The notes under the pieces are model-generated. The model was not told the origin of the DNA and made no database searches. It was given only the letters and a program-made list of their open reading frames with translations. Shown piece after piece: positions 1 through 12,700 of a stretch of DNA of 64,000 nt (positions are counted from its first letter, which is position 1; every line of letters starts with the position of its first letter). A program made the position numbers and the translations under genes. This DNA comes from Asterias rubens (lineage: Eukaryota), in contig NC_047066.1 of NCBI RefSeq assembly GCF_902459465.1, positions 16,244,001-16,308,000 on the forward strand, written 5' to 3'.

Positions 1-430
1 TTTCGGTGGGATCCTGAGGAATTACATGTATGGTGGAATCGCGGTGGAATCCCCTGGGAATCCCGGTGGAATCCCGGTGGAATCCCGGTGGAGTCCTGGT
101 GGAATCCCAGTGGAATCCCAGTGGAAAACCCGGTGGAATCCCGATGGAATCCCGGCGGAATCCCAATGGAAACCCGGCTGGATCCTGGTGGAATCTAAGT
201 GGAATCCCAGTGGAATTCTGGTGGAATCCCGGTGGAATCCCATTAGAACCCCAGTGAAATCCTGATGGAATCCCGGTGGAATCCCAGTGGAATCCCGGTG
301 GAATCCCAGATGGAATCCCAGTGGAATTCTGGTGGAATCCTGGTGGAATTCTGGTAGAATCCCGGTGGAATCTCGGTGGAATCCCACCGGAACTCCGGTC
401 GAATCCCGGTCAAATCCCTGCGGGGTCACA
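1..430. repeat. Degenerate simple repeat of GGTGGAATCCC-like motifs (intronic)
   Basis: Dozens of GGAATCC(C) motifs at roughly 10-12 bp spacing, upstream of the unit A TIL acceptor. Confidence 0.85.
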
Positions 431-649
431 GGTCAAATCCAGGCAGAATCCTGGTATATTAATCTCGGTTTCATTTTCTATGGGGTAGCTTTGAATAATT
501 CACTTCCTTATCAATTTTGTTTGTGTTGAATGATTATTCCACCATATGTTTCTTTTGTAATTGTTTTATAACATGAACATTATTTTTTCTGACTTGTTCT
601 CAAACTCGTAGCTTATTATTAAAGTTTTTGATTTGTTATCCGATTTTAG

Positions 650-3600
650 AACTGAATTGTCAGAGTGAGTTGCTTTATGACTCATGCGGTACATCTTGTC
701 CTGCTACCTGCCTGGAACCAGAAGGATCTGATAATTGTGCAGATGATTGTATTGAAACCTGCCGCTGTCCAGAAGGTCTGCTTCTTGAAGGAGATCACTG
801 CATCCAAGCTTCTGAATGTGGCTGCTTCTTAGAGGATGGATCATACCTGGAAGTTAGTTTGAGATTCATTTCCATTTTAAGACAAGGATGACAGTTCAAG
901 TGTCTTTAGTGATAAACCTTGACGGGTACAGGGAATCAGAATTTGGAGTTGATGGGGGAACAAGTTTTGACCTTATTGTGTTGATTATTTAAGCACCTGA
1001 CTCTTGAAATTACTTCGTATTGGGTAAAACATAATTTGTTGTAATCATGATAACAACAAATATTGTGATGACTTCTGCTGAAAAGTAGGAATCCAACTGC
1101 CTCAAGCCAGAAGGCATGCCATTCATTCAGGTCTAGTAGGAATCAAACTGCCTCAAGCCAGAAGGCATGCCATTCATTCAGGTCTAGTAGGAATCAAACT
1201 GCCTCAAGCCAGAAGGCATGCCATTCATTCAGGTCTAGTAGGAATCAAACTGCCTCAAGCCAGAAGGCATGCCATTCATTCAGGTCTAGTAGGAATCAAA
1301 CTGCCTCAAGCCAGAAGGCATGCCATTCATTCAGGTCTAGTAGGAATCAAACTGCCTCAAGCCAGAAGGCATGCCATTCATTCAGGTCTAGTAGGAATCC
1401 AACTGCCTCAAGCCAGAAGGCATGCCATTCATTCAGGTCTAGTAGGAATCAAACTGCCTCAAGCCAGAAGGCATGCCATTCATTCAGGTCTAGTAGGAAT
1501 CCAACTGCCTCAAGCCAGAAGGCATGCCATTCATTCAGGTCTAGTAGGAATCCAACTGCCTCAAGCCAGAAGGCATGCCATTCATTCAGGTCTAGTAGGA
1601 ATCCAACTGCCTCAAGCCAGAAGGCATGCCATTCATTCAGGTCTAGTAGGAATCCAACTGCCTCAAGCCAGAAGGCATGCCATTCATTCAGGTCTAGTAG
1701 GAATCAAACTGCCTCAAGCCAGAAGGCATGCCATTCATTCAGGTCTAGTAGGAATCCAACTGCCTCAAGCCAGAAGGCATGCCATTCATTCAGGTCTAGT
1801 AGGAATCCAACTGCCTCAAGCCAGAAGGCATGCCATTCATTCAGGTCTAGTAGGAATCAAACTGCCTCAAGCCAGAAGGCATGCCATTCATTCAGGTCTA
1901 GTGGCATTTTGTTTAACTGGCAAAGGTCAAAGGGTCAAATAACATCCAAGTTAATATGATAAGGGATTTTTTTTTCACGACACTCGGGGCAGGTTATGAC
2001 TAACAGTACTTAACTCACATGGGTAATGAGTAAAACAAGAATATCATCCCTGATGCACATTTTGAATCGTTTTAAACTGATTTACTTATTGGTTCATTTA
2101 AAAAACCAAGTAATTTTTTATCTATCACTGTTGACAACCGACAACTTGTGTGTTTTTTACTGATCACAGCATTGCCCAAGAAGTATGTGTTTAGTGACAA
2201 TAATGATTGTTTTATTCTTTTCAATTAGAATGATGGAGTTTGGGTGTCTCATGACTGCTCTTTGAAATGTGTTTGTGGTGAAGCTGGAGATGTGATATGT
2301 ACAAGTATGGAATGTCACGAGTCTGCACGATGTGCCATCAAGAACGGTGTTAGGGACTGTTACTGTAAGAGAGGTTTTACTGGAGATGGACTCAACTGCC
2401 AAGCAGGTAATAAATGAACATGTTACAACCTAAACTAAATCCTGTAACTAATTTGTCACAGTTTGTTTCTATTCAGTCTTAATATGAAAAATGCTCCACA
2501 CTGATTTAATATGTCTTCCTGTCTGAATACAGCTCCTGGTGTATGTACTGCATGGGGAGATCCACATTATGTCACTTTTGACGGTCTGAAGTATGACTTC
2601 CAAGGAGATTGTGATTACACTCTTGTCAGAGATTGCAGAAACACTTCAGCTCTTGCATCCTTCCATGTGATGGCTAAGAATGTCAAAAACAAGCCTTCTG
2701 AACGTGTATCCTACACTCAAGAAGTTAGATTGGAGTTTGGAGGCACTTTGTATTCTCTACTAAGGGATGGAGAGGTTCGAATCAACGGTGTGACTGTAAC
2801 ATTACCCTCCATGCGTCTTGATGGAGTCCATATCTACAATTCTGGTCGCAATGTGGTAAGACTTGTTGTTCAAGTTTAGTTGAAAGTGAAATATATTCAA
2901 TATTTCTTTGGTAAAGTCACATGTAAGATCAATTTGGCTTTTTGAAATGAGTGTTGATAACTTGTTTGGTATTGCTTTGTTTCAGATTTTAACAACTGAC
3001 TTCCAGTTGGAGATTGTTTGGAATAAAAATACAGACGTCATGGTGACAGTTCCTCAAGCCTACTGGAACAGAACTTGTGGTCTTTGTGGAACATTCAACG
3101 GAGACAAGCATGATGATTTTATTCTACCAGATGGATCCCAGGTTAGTGACTTAATATAAAAATAGTTTTCATCTCTGTATTGTTCCTATTTGTTTGGAAA
3201 CCTAGATTAAACAGACTTGTTTCAATTATTTTCTTTTAACCCAACTTTAATTATCATTATAGAGTGATGATCTACTTCGATTTGGAAACAGCTGGGTTTT
3301 GGATGAAGACCAATGTGATCCTACAATAGAGATGCCAGATCCGTGCGATGAGGGCACAGAACCATACCGACAGGCTACTGATCTGTGCTTTGTAGTCATC
3401 GATCAAAACGGTTTGTCAATTCATTATGAACATCCTCATTTTGATAAAAGCCAAATTGAAACAAGTGTCATGAATAACTTAAGAGGTTTTTGAAAGTCGC
3501 TGAACAAAGCTTTTGTATTGGTTTTGTTTCTTTAGGTCCATTTGCATCATGCCATGATTTTGTTGATCCTGTTGCGTATCATGAATCTTGTGTGTATGAT

Positions 3601-3718
3601 CTTTGTGCTACACTTCCTGAAGATGACGTGATCTGTTCCAGTCTTCAGACTTACGCAGATGTTTGCCGTCTTGCTGGAAGTATGGTTGATGACTGGAGAG
3701 CAGTTAGAACGCAATGTG
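650..3718 (+). CDS. Repeat unit A (TIL, TILa/EGF, VWD, C8)
   Basis: Exons 650-852, 2229-2406, 2533-2855, 2986-3141, 3263-3410, 3536-3718. Lengths 203/178/323/156/148/183 sum to 1191 nt (397 aa). Confidence 0.93.
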
Positions 3719-6700
3719 GTATGTTGAGGCGGTTTTTATAATAAGTTGTTTTCTTTTCTTGAAACAGCTTCCCTCTAGTATGTAGTGTTATTTTGACAAA
3801 TTCTCAACAGAACGACTTTTCCCAATGTAGTTCAGATTAATTCTAGAATATCAAGACCACATTCAATGTGAGAGCAATTAAAAATATGCACTTTGAACAA
3901 ACAACCTGTTTTGATGTTTTTTCGGCAATCACTTTCCTGAGATTGAATATCGTTTTAAAGTAGTTTTATTGCAACCTTTCTCCATTTTATTTGTGAATAT
4001 TAGAACTGAATTGTCGGAGTGAGTTGGTTTATGACTCATGTGGTACATCTTGTCCTGCTACCTGCCTGGAACCAGAAGGATCTGATAATTGTGCAGATGA
4101 TTGTATTGAAACCTGCCGCTGTCCAGAAGGTCTGCTTCTTGAAGGAGATCACTGCATCCAACCTTCTGAATGTGGCTGCTTCTTAGAGGATGGATCATAC
4201 CTGGAAGTTAGTTTGAGATTCATTTCCATTTTTAGACAAGGATGACGGTTGAATTGTGTTTTAATTTTAGATTAATCAAACATTCAAATCAGTTTCTAGA
4301 TTGGAGTGGAGAGCTTGCAGTTTGTGGTTAAAATTTGATCCCGATTTTCTCATTAACATCTACATGTATTACACTGGATTTTCTCGTAGCATCGCTCTTA
4401 ATTCTTACACGATTTCTACAATCATAACTTCAATTTGTGATCAGACATTTCCTGCTGAAGAGTGTTTATTTTACTATTATGATGGTTTGATTCTTTTCAC
4501 TATTAGAATGATGGAGTTTGGGTGTCTCATGACTGCTCTTTGAAATGTGTTTGTGGTGAAGCTGGAGATGTGATATGTACAAGTATGGAATGTCACGAGT
4601 CTGCACAATGTGCCATCAAGAACGGTGTTAGGGACTGTTACTGTAAGAGAGGTTTTATTGGAGATGGACTCAACTGCCAAGCAGGTAATAAATGAACATG
4701 TTACAAAATAAACTAAATCCTGTAACTAATTTGTCACAGTTTGTTTCTATTCAGTCTTAATATGAAAAATGCTCCACACTGATTTAATATGTCTTCCTGT
4801 CTGAATACAGCTCCTGGTGTATGTACTGCATGGGGAGATCCACATTATGTCACTTTTGACGGTCTGAAGTATGACTTCCAAGGAGATTGTGATTACACTC
4901 TTGTCAGAGATTGCACAAACACTTCAGCTCTTGCATCCTTCCATGTGATGGCTAAGAATGTCAAAAACAAGCCTTCTGAACGTGTATCCTACACTCAAGA
5001 AGTTAGATTGGAGTTTGGAGGCACTTTGTATTCTCTACTAAGGGATGGAGAGGTTCGAATCAACGGTGTGACTGTAACATTACCCTCCATGCGTCTTGAT
5101 GGAGTCCATATCTACAATTCTGGTCGCAATGTGGTAAGACTTGTTGTTCAAGTTTAGTTGAAAGTGAAATATATTCAATATTTCTTTGGTAAAGTCACAT
5201 GTAAGATCAATTTGGCTTTTTGAAATGAGTGTTGATAACTTGTTTGATATTGCTTTGTTTCAGATTTTAACAACTGACTTCCAGTTGGAGATTGTTTGGA
5301 ATAAAAAGACAGACGTCATGGTGACAGTTCCTCAAGCCTACTGGAACAGAACTTGTGGTCTTTGTGGAACATTCAACGGAGACAAGCATGATGATTTTAT
5401 TCTACCAGATGGATCCCAGGTTAGTGACTAAATAAAGAAATAGTTTTCATATCTGGATTGGCCTTATTTGTTTATAAAACCTAATGTACATTAAACAGAC
5501 TTCTTTCCTTTCTTTTATTTTAACTCAAACTCATTTATCATTATAGAGTGATGATCTACTTCGATTTGGAAACAGCTGGGTTTTGGATGAAGACCAATGT
5601 GATCCTACAATAGAGATGCCAGATCCGTGCGATGAGGGCACAGAACCATACCGACAGGCTACTGATCTGTGCTTTGTACTCATCGATCAAAACGGTTTGT
5701 CAATTCATATTGAACATTCTCAATTTGAAAAGCCAAATTGAAACGAGTGTAATGAAATACTCAAGAGGTTTTTGAAAGTGTCTGAACAAAGCTTTTGTAT
5801 TGATTTTGTTTCTTTAGGTCCATTTGCATCATGCCATGATTTTGTTGATCCTGTTGCGTATCATGAATCTTGTGTGTATGATCTTTGTGCTACACTTCCT
5901 GAAGATGGCGTGATCTGTTCCAGTCTTGAGACTTATGCAGATGTTTGCCGTCTTGCTGGAAGTATGGTTGGTGACTGGAGAGCAGTTAGAAAGCAATGTG
6001 GTATGTTAAGGCATTTTTTAAAAGTTTGTTTTCTTTTCTTGATATACATGTAAACTGCGCCAATAAAGTATCTAAACACTTACAAATGGTCAGATATATC
6101 GGAACCTGAAACAGTATGCCAAAAATAATTATTCATTTCGAGTCACTGTTAATTTCTGCACATTTTGACACATCTTGTGTTGCGCTACGATGTTGTTTGG
6201 TGGATTTACGGGCACTTGAGTGGCTTAAGGTCAAACTTCAAAAGTTGCAAAATCCCCTATTCAAGCTAAATCGTTGTATTGTGATGAGTAAGATCAGCGT
6301 TTCTTTTGCCCGCCTTTTATAAATGATTTTTTTTGGTCGCGTTTTGGATAAATCGGTTGCGATGAACATCAGCAATAATTGTCAGTAACCAAGCAAAGGG
6401 GTCAAAGATGGGAGGCATACAACAATGGTAAGCAAAGAAAGGTGTTTCAAGATAACAGGAAAGATGGCTCAAACGACCAAACAGGAAAGAGGACGGACCA
6501 TTGGTTTGATAGAAGCCGGTACGTCGATGCGAGCTGCAGCTCATCAGGTGAAAACATCAGCAGCGACGGTCAGTAAATGGTGGAATCGCTACCAAGCTCA
6601 GGGAAATGTGGACGACCTGCCAAGGACTGGTCGTCCGAGGGTGACTTCTGCAGCAGAAGAAGAAAGTGAACAAAGCCATAAAGCCTGACACCACTCTCGA

Positions 6701-9700
6701 GGGGTTTGCGACGCATCCTGATCAGGAAATGGCAGGGGATTGACCAGGGACAGATCAGAGGTCTCATTGAGAGTATGAGAAGACGACTCCTTGCCGTTCA
6801 GGACAATGATGGAGGACACACCAAGAATGGAGGATAGGATAACAGCAGTTTTAAAGTTAAAGATACGGCAATTAATTCCATGGTCATGTAAACGAAACGA
6901 GTTTGTGTCTTTTGTCTTGATTTTGTCTGAGTGTGACGCTTATGTGAGTTCCCTTTTGGAATTGGGGTGAATAGGGGCTTTTGCAACTTTTGAAATTCGA
7001 CCTTAAGCCACTCAAGTGTCCATAAATCCACCAAACAACATCGTAGCGCAACACAAGATGTGTCAAAACGTGCAGAAATTAACGGTGAATAGAAACGAAC
7101 AATTACATTTTTGTATACTATTTCAGGTTCCGATAAATCTGACCATTTGTAAGTGTTTAGATACTTTATTGGCGCAGTTTAGCTTCCTCCTAGTATGTAG
7201 TTGTTTTTTCTTTTCATTCTCAACAGAACAACTTTGTCCAAAGTAGTTCAGATTAATTCTAGAATGATCCAGACGACATTCAATGCAAGAGCGATGGAAA
7301 CTATGCTCTGTGAACAAATAACACTTTTATAGGATCTGAGGCATTGCATGGTGAGGTATCAAAAGTCTCCCGAACACCCGAGCAATCTACTCGCGGTAGT
7401 AGAATAAAGCAAGACAGTTCTCCAAGAACAAACTCTACCTGGCAAGTAGATACACACATGGTGTTACCGCAAACCAAGTATATATAAACAACAAGTTGCT
7501 ATATCTTTGGTGAATCACGTTCCATCGTTTTAAAGTAGTTTTATTACAACCTACTCCATTTTATTTGTGAATGTAGATTTGAATTGTCGGAGTGAGTTGG
7601 TTTATGACTCATGTGGTACATCTTGTCCTGCTACCTGCTTGGAACCTGAAGGATCTGATAATTGTGCAGATGATTGTATTGAAACCTGCCGCTGTCCAGA
7701 AGGTCTGCTTCTTGAAGGAGATCACTGCATCCAACCTTCTGAATGTGGCTGCTTCTTAGAGGATGGATCATACCTGGAAGTTAGTTTGAGATTCATTTCC
7801 ATTTTTAGACAAGGATGACGGTTGAATTGTGTTTTATTTTTAGATTAATCAAACATTCAAATTAGTTTCTAGAGTGGAGTGGAGAACTTGCAGTTTGTGG
7901 TTAAAATTTGATCCCGATTTTCTCATTAACATCTACATGTATTACACTGGATTTTCTCGTAGCATCGCTCTTAATTCTTACACGATTTCTACAATCATAA
8001 CTTCAATTTGTGATCAGACATTTCCTGCTGAAGAGTGTTTATTTTACTATTATGATGGTTTGGTTCTTTTCACTATTAGAATGATGGAGTTTGGGTGTCT
8101 CATGACTGCTCTTTGAAATGTGTTTGTGGTGAAGCTGGAGATGTGATATGTACAAGTATGGAATGTCACGAGTCTGCACAATGTGCCATCAAGAACGGTG
8201 TTAGGGACTGTTACTGTAAGAGAGGTTTTATTGGAGATGGACTCAACTGCCAAGCAGGTAATAAATGAACATGTTACAACCTAAACTAAATCCTGTAACT
8301 AATTTGTCACAGTTTGTTTCTATTCAGTCTTAATATGTAAAATGCTCCACACTGATTTAATATGTCTTCCTGTCTGAATACAGCTCCTGGTGTATGTACT
8401 GCATGGGGAGATCCACATTATGTCACTTTTGACGGTCTGAAGTATGACTTCCAAGGAGATTGTGATTACACTCTTGTCAGAGATTGCAGAAACACTTCAG
8501 CTCTTGCATCCTTCCATGTGATGGCTAAGAATGTCAAAAACAAGCCTTCTGAACGTGTATCCTACACTCAAGAAGTTAGATTGGAGTTTGGAGGCACTTT
8601 GTTTTCTCTACTAAGGGATGGAGAGGTGCGAATCAACGGTGTGACTGTAACATTACCCTCCATGCGTCTTGATGGAGTCCATATCTACAATTCTGGTCGC
8701 AATGTGGTAAGACTTGTTGTTCAAGTTTTGTTGAAAGTGTTACATTTATAATAATTCTTTTGTTTAAAGTCACCTTAGAAGATCATTATGGCTTTTTGAA
8801 ATGTGTGTTGATAACTTGTTTGGTATTGCTTTGTTTCAGATTTTAACAACTAACTTCCAGTTGGAGATTGTTTGGAATAAAAAGACAGACGTCATGGTGA
8901 CAGTTCCTCAAGCCTACTGGAACAGAACTTGTGGTCTTTGTGGAACATTCAACGGAGACAAGCATGATGATTTTATTCTACCAGATGGATCCCTGGTTAG
9001 TGACTAAATAAAGAAATAGTTTTCATATCTGGATTGGCCTTATTTGTTTATAAAACCTAATGTACATTAAACAGACTTCTTTCCTTTCTTTTATTTTAAC
9101 TCAAACTCATTTATCATTATAGAGTGATGATCTACTTCGATTTGGAAACAGCTGGGTTTTGGATGAAGACCAATGTGATCCTACAATAGAGATGCCAGAT
9201 CCGTGCGATGAGGGCACAGAACCATACCGACAGGCTACTGATCTGTGCTTTGTACTCATCGATCAAAACGGTTTGTCAATTCATATTGAACATTCTCAAT
9301 TTGAAAAGCCAAATTGAAACGAGTGTAATGAAATACTCAAGAGGTTTTTGAAAGTGTCTGAACAAAGCTTTTGTATTGATTTTGTTTCTTTAGGTCCATT
9401 TGCATCATGCCATGATTTTGTTGATCCTGTTGCGTATCATGAATCTTGTGTGTATGATCTTTGTGCTACACTTCCTGAAGATGGCGTGATCTGTTCCAGT
9501 CTTGAGACTTATGCAGATGTTTGCCGTCTTGCTGGAAGTATGGTTGGTGACTGGAGAGCAGTTAGAAAGCAATGTGGTATGTTAAGGCATTTTTTAAAAG
9601 TTTGTTTTCTTTTCTTGATATACATGTAAACTGCGCCAATAAAGTATCTAAACACTTACAAATGGTCAGATATATCGGAACCTGAAACAGTATGCCAAAA

Positions 9701-12700
9701 ATAATTATTCATTTCGAGTCACTGTTAATTTCTGCACATTTTGACACATCTTGTGTTGCGCTACGATGTTGTTTGGTGGATTTACGGGCACTTGAGTGGC
9801 TTAAGGTCGAACTTCAAAAGTTGCAAAATCCCCTATTCAAGCTAAATCGTTGTATTGTGATGAGTAAGATCAGCGTTTCTTTTGCCCGCCTTTTATAAAT
9901 GATTTTTTTTGGTCGCGTTTTGGATAAATCGGTTGCGATGAACATCAGCAATAATTGTCAGTAACCAAGCAAAGGGGTCAAAGATGGGAGGCATACAACA
10001 ATGGTAAGCAAAGAAAGGTGTTTCAAGATAACAGGAAAGATGGCTCAAACGACCAAACAGGAAAGAGGACGGACCATTGGTTTGATAGAAGCCGGTACGT
10101 CGATGCGAGCTGCAGCTCATCAGGTGAAAACATCAGCAGCGACGGTCAGTAAATGGTGGAATCGCTACCAAGCTCAGGGAAATGTGGACGACCTGCCAAG
10201 GACTGGTCGTCCGAGGGTGACTTCTGCAGCAGAAGAAGAAAGTGAACAAAGCCATAAAGCCTGACACCACTCTCGAGGGGTTTGCGACGCATCCTGATCA
10301 GGAAATGGCAGGGGATTGACCAGGGACAGATCAGAGGTCTCATTGAGAGTATGAGAAGACGACTCCTTGCCGTTCAGGACAATGATGGAGGACACACCAA
10401 GAATGGAGGATAGGATAACAGCAGTTTTAAAGTTAAAGATACGGCAATTAATTCCATGGTCATGTAAACGAAACGAGTTTGTGTCTTTTGTCTTGATTTT
10501 GTCTGAGTGTGACGCTTATGTGAGTTCCCTTTTGGAATTGGGGTGAATAGGGGCTTTTGCAACTTTTGAAATTCGACCTTAAGCCACTCAAGTGTCCATA
10601 AATCCACCAAACAACATCGTAGCGCAACACAAGATGTGTCAAAACGTGCAGAAATTAACGGTGAATAGAAACGAACAATTACATTTTTGTATACTATTTC
10701 AGGTTCCGATAAATCTGACCATTTGTAAGTGTTTAGATACTTTATTGGCGCAGTTTAGCTTCCTCCTAGTATGTAGTTGTTTTTTCTTTTCATTCTCAAC
10801 AGAACAACTTTGTCCAAAGTAGTTCAGATTAATTCTAGAATGATCCAGACGACATTCAATGCAAGAGCGATGGAAACTATGCTCTGTGAACAAATAACAC
10901 TTTTATAGGATCTGAGGCATTGCATGGTGAGGTATCAAAAGTCTCCCGAACACCCGAGCAATCTACTCGCGGTAGTAGAATAAAGCAAGACAGTTCTCCA
11001 AGAACAAACTCTACCTGGCAAGTAGATACACACATGGTGTTACCGCAAACCAAGTATATATAAACAACAAGTTGCTATATCTTTGGTGAATCACGTTCCA
11101 TCGTTTTAAAGTAGTTTTATTACAACCTACTCCATTTTATTTGTGAATGTAGATTTGAATTGTCGGAGTGAGTTGGTTTATGACTCATGTGGTACATCTT
11201 GTCCTGCTACCTGCTTGGAACCTGAAGGATCTGATAATTGTGCAGATGATTGTATTGAAACCTGCCGCTGTCCAGAAGGTCTGCTTCTTGAAGGAGATCA
11301 CTGCATCCAACCTTCTGAATGTGGCTGCTTCTTAGAGGATGGATCATACCTGGAAGTTAGTTTGAGATTCATTTCCATTTTTAGACAAGGATGACGGTTG
11401 AATTGTGTTTTATTTTTAGATTAATCAAACATTCAAATTAGTTTCTAGAGTGGAGTGGAGAACTTGCAGTTTGTGGTTAAAATTTGATCCCGATTTTCTC
11501 ATTAACATCTACATGTATTACACTGGATTTTCTCGTAGCATCGCTCTTAATTCTTACACGATTTCTACAATCATAACTTCAATTTGTGATCAGACATTTC
11601 CTGCTGAAGAGTGTTTATTTTACTATTATGATGGTTTGGTTCTTTTCACTATTAGAATGATGGAGTTTGGGTGTCTCATGACTGCTCTTTGAAATGTGTT
11701 TGTGGTGAAGCTGGAGATGTGATATGTACAAGTATGGAATGTCACGAGTCTGCACAATGTGCCATCAAGAACGGTGTTAGGGACTGTTACTGTAAGAGAG
11801 GTTTTACTGGAGATGGACTCAACTGCCAAGCAGGTAATAAATGAACATGTTACAACCTAAACTAAATCCTGTAACTAATTTGTCACAGTTTGTTTCTATT
11901 CAGTCTTAATATGAAAAATGCTCCACACTGATTTAATATGTCTTCCTGTCTGAATACAGCTCCTGGTGTATGTACTGCATGGGGAGATCCACATTATGTC
12001 ACTTTTGACGGTCTGAAGTATGACTTCCAAGGAGATTGTGATTACACTCTTGTCAGAGATTGCAGAAACACTTCAGCTCTTGCATCCTTCCATGTGATGG
12101 CTAAGAATGTCAAAAACAAGCCTTCTGAACGTGTATCCTACACTCAAGAAGTTAGATTGGAGTTTGGAGGCACTTTGTTTTCTCTACTAAGGGATGGAGA
12201 GGTGCGAATCAACGGTGTGACTGTAACATTACCCTCCATGCGTCTTGATGGAGTCCATATCTACAATTCTGGTCGCAATGTGGTAAGACTTGTTGTTCAA
12301 GTTTTGTTGAAAGTGTTACATTTATAATAATTCTTTTGTTTAAAGTCACCTTAGAAGATCATTATGGCTTTTTGAAATGTGTGTTGATAACTTGTTTGGT
12401 ATTGCTTTGTTTCAGATTTTAACAACTAACTTCCAGTTGGAGATTGTTTGGAATAAAAAGACAGACGTCATGGTGACAGTTCCTCAAGCCTACTGGAACA
12501 GAACTTGTGGTCTTTGTGGAACATTCAACGGAGACAAGCATGATGATTTTATTCTACCAGATGGATCCCTGGTTAGTGACTAAATAAAGAAATAGTTTTC
12601 ATATCTGGATTGGCCTTATTTGTTTATAAAACCTAATGTACATTAAACAGACTTCTTTCCTTTCTTTTATTTTAACTCAAACTCATTTATCATTATAGAG

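Noticed and set aside
22-529. ORFs with repeated RDSTGIP / VESRWNP motifs, and NF-kB-like GGGAATCCC sites
   Set aside because: The ORFs are translations of a simple repeat. The kB-like match occurs only in rare variants of the motif and nothing supports a regulatory role.
2157-2402. Recurrent minus-strand [17 protein letters not shown]... in each unit
   Set aside because: It is the antisense shadow of the TILa/EGF exon and recurs only because that exon is duplicated.
6425-6830. Functional transposase gene
   Set aside because: Only the N-terminal HTH and the extreme C-terminus remain; the DDE catalytic domain is missing in all three copies.
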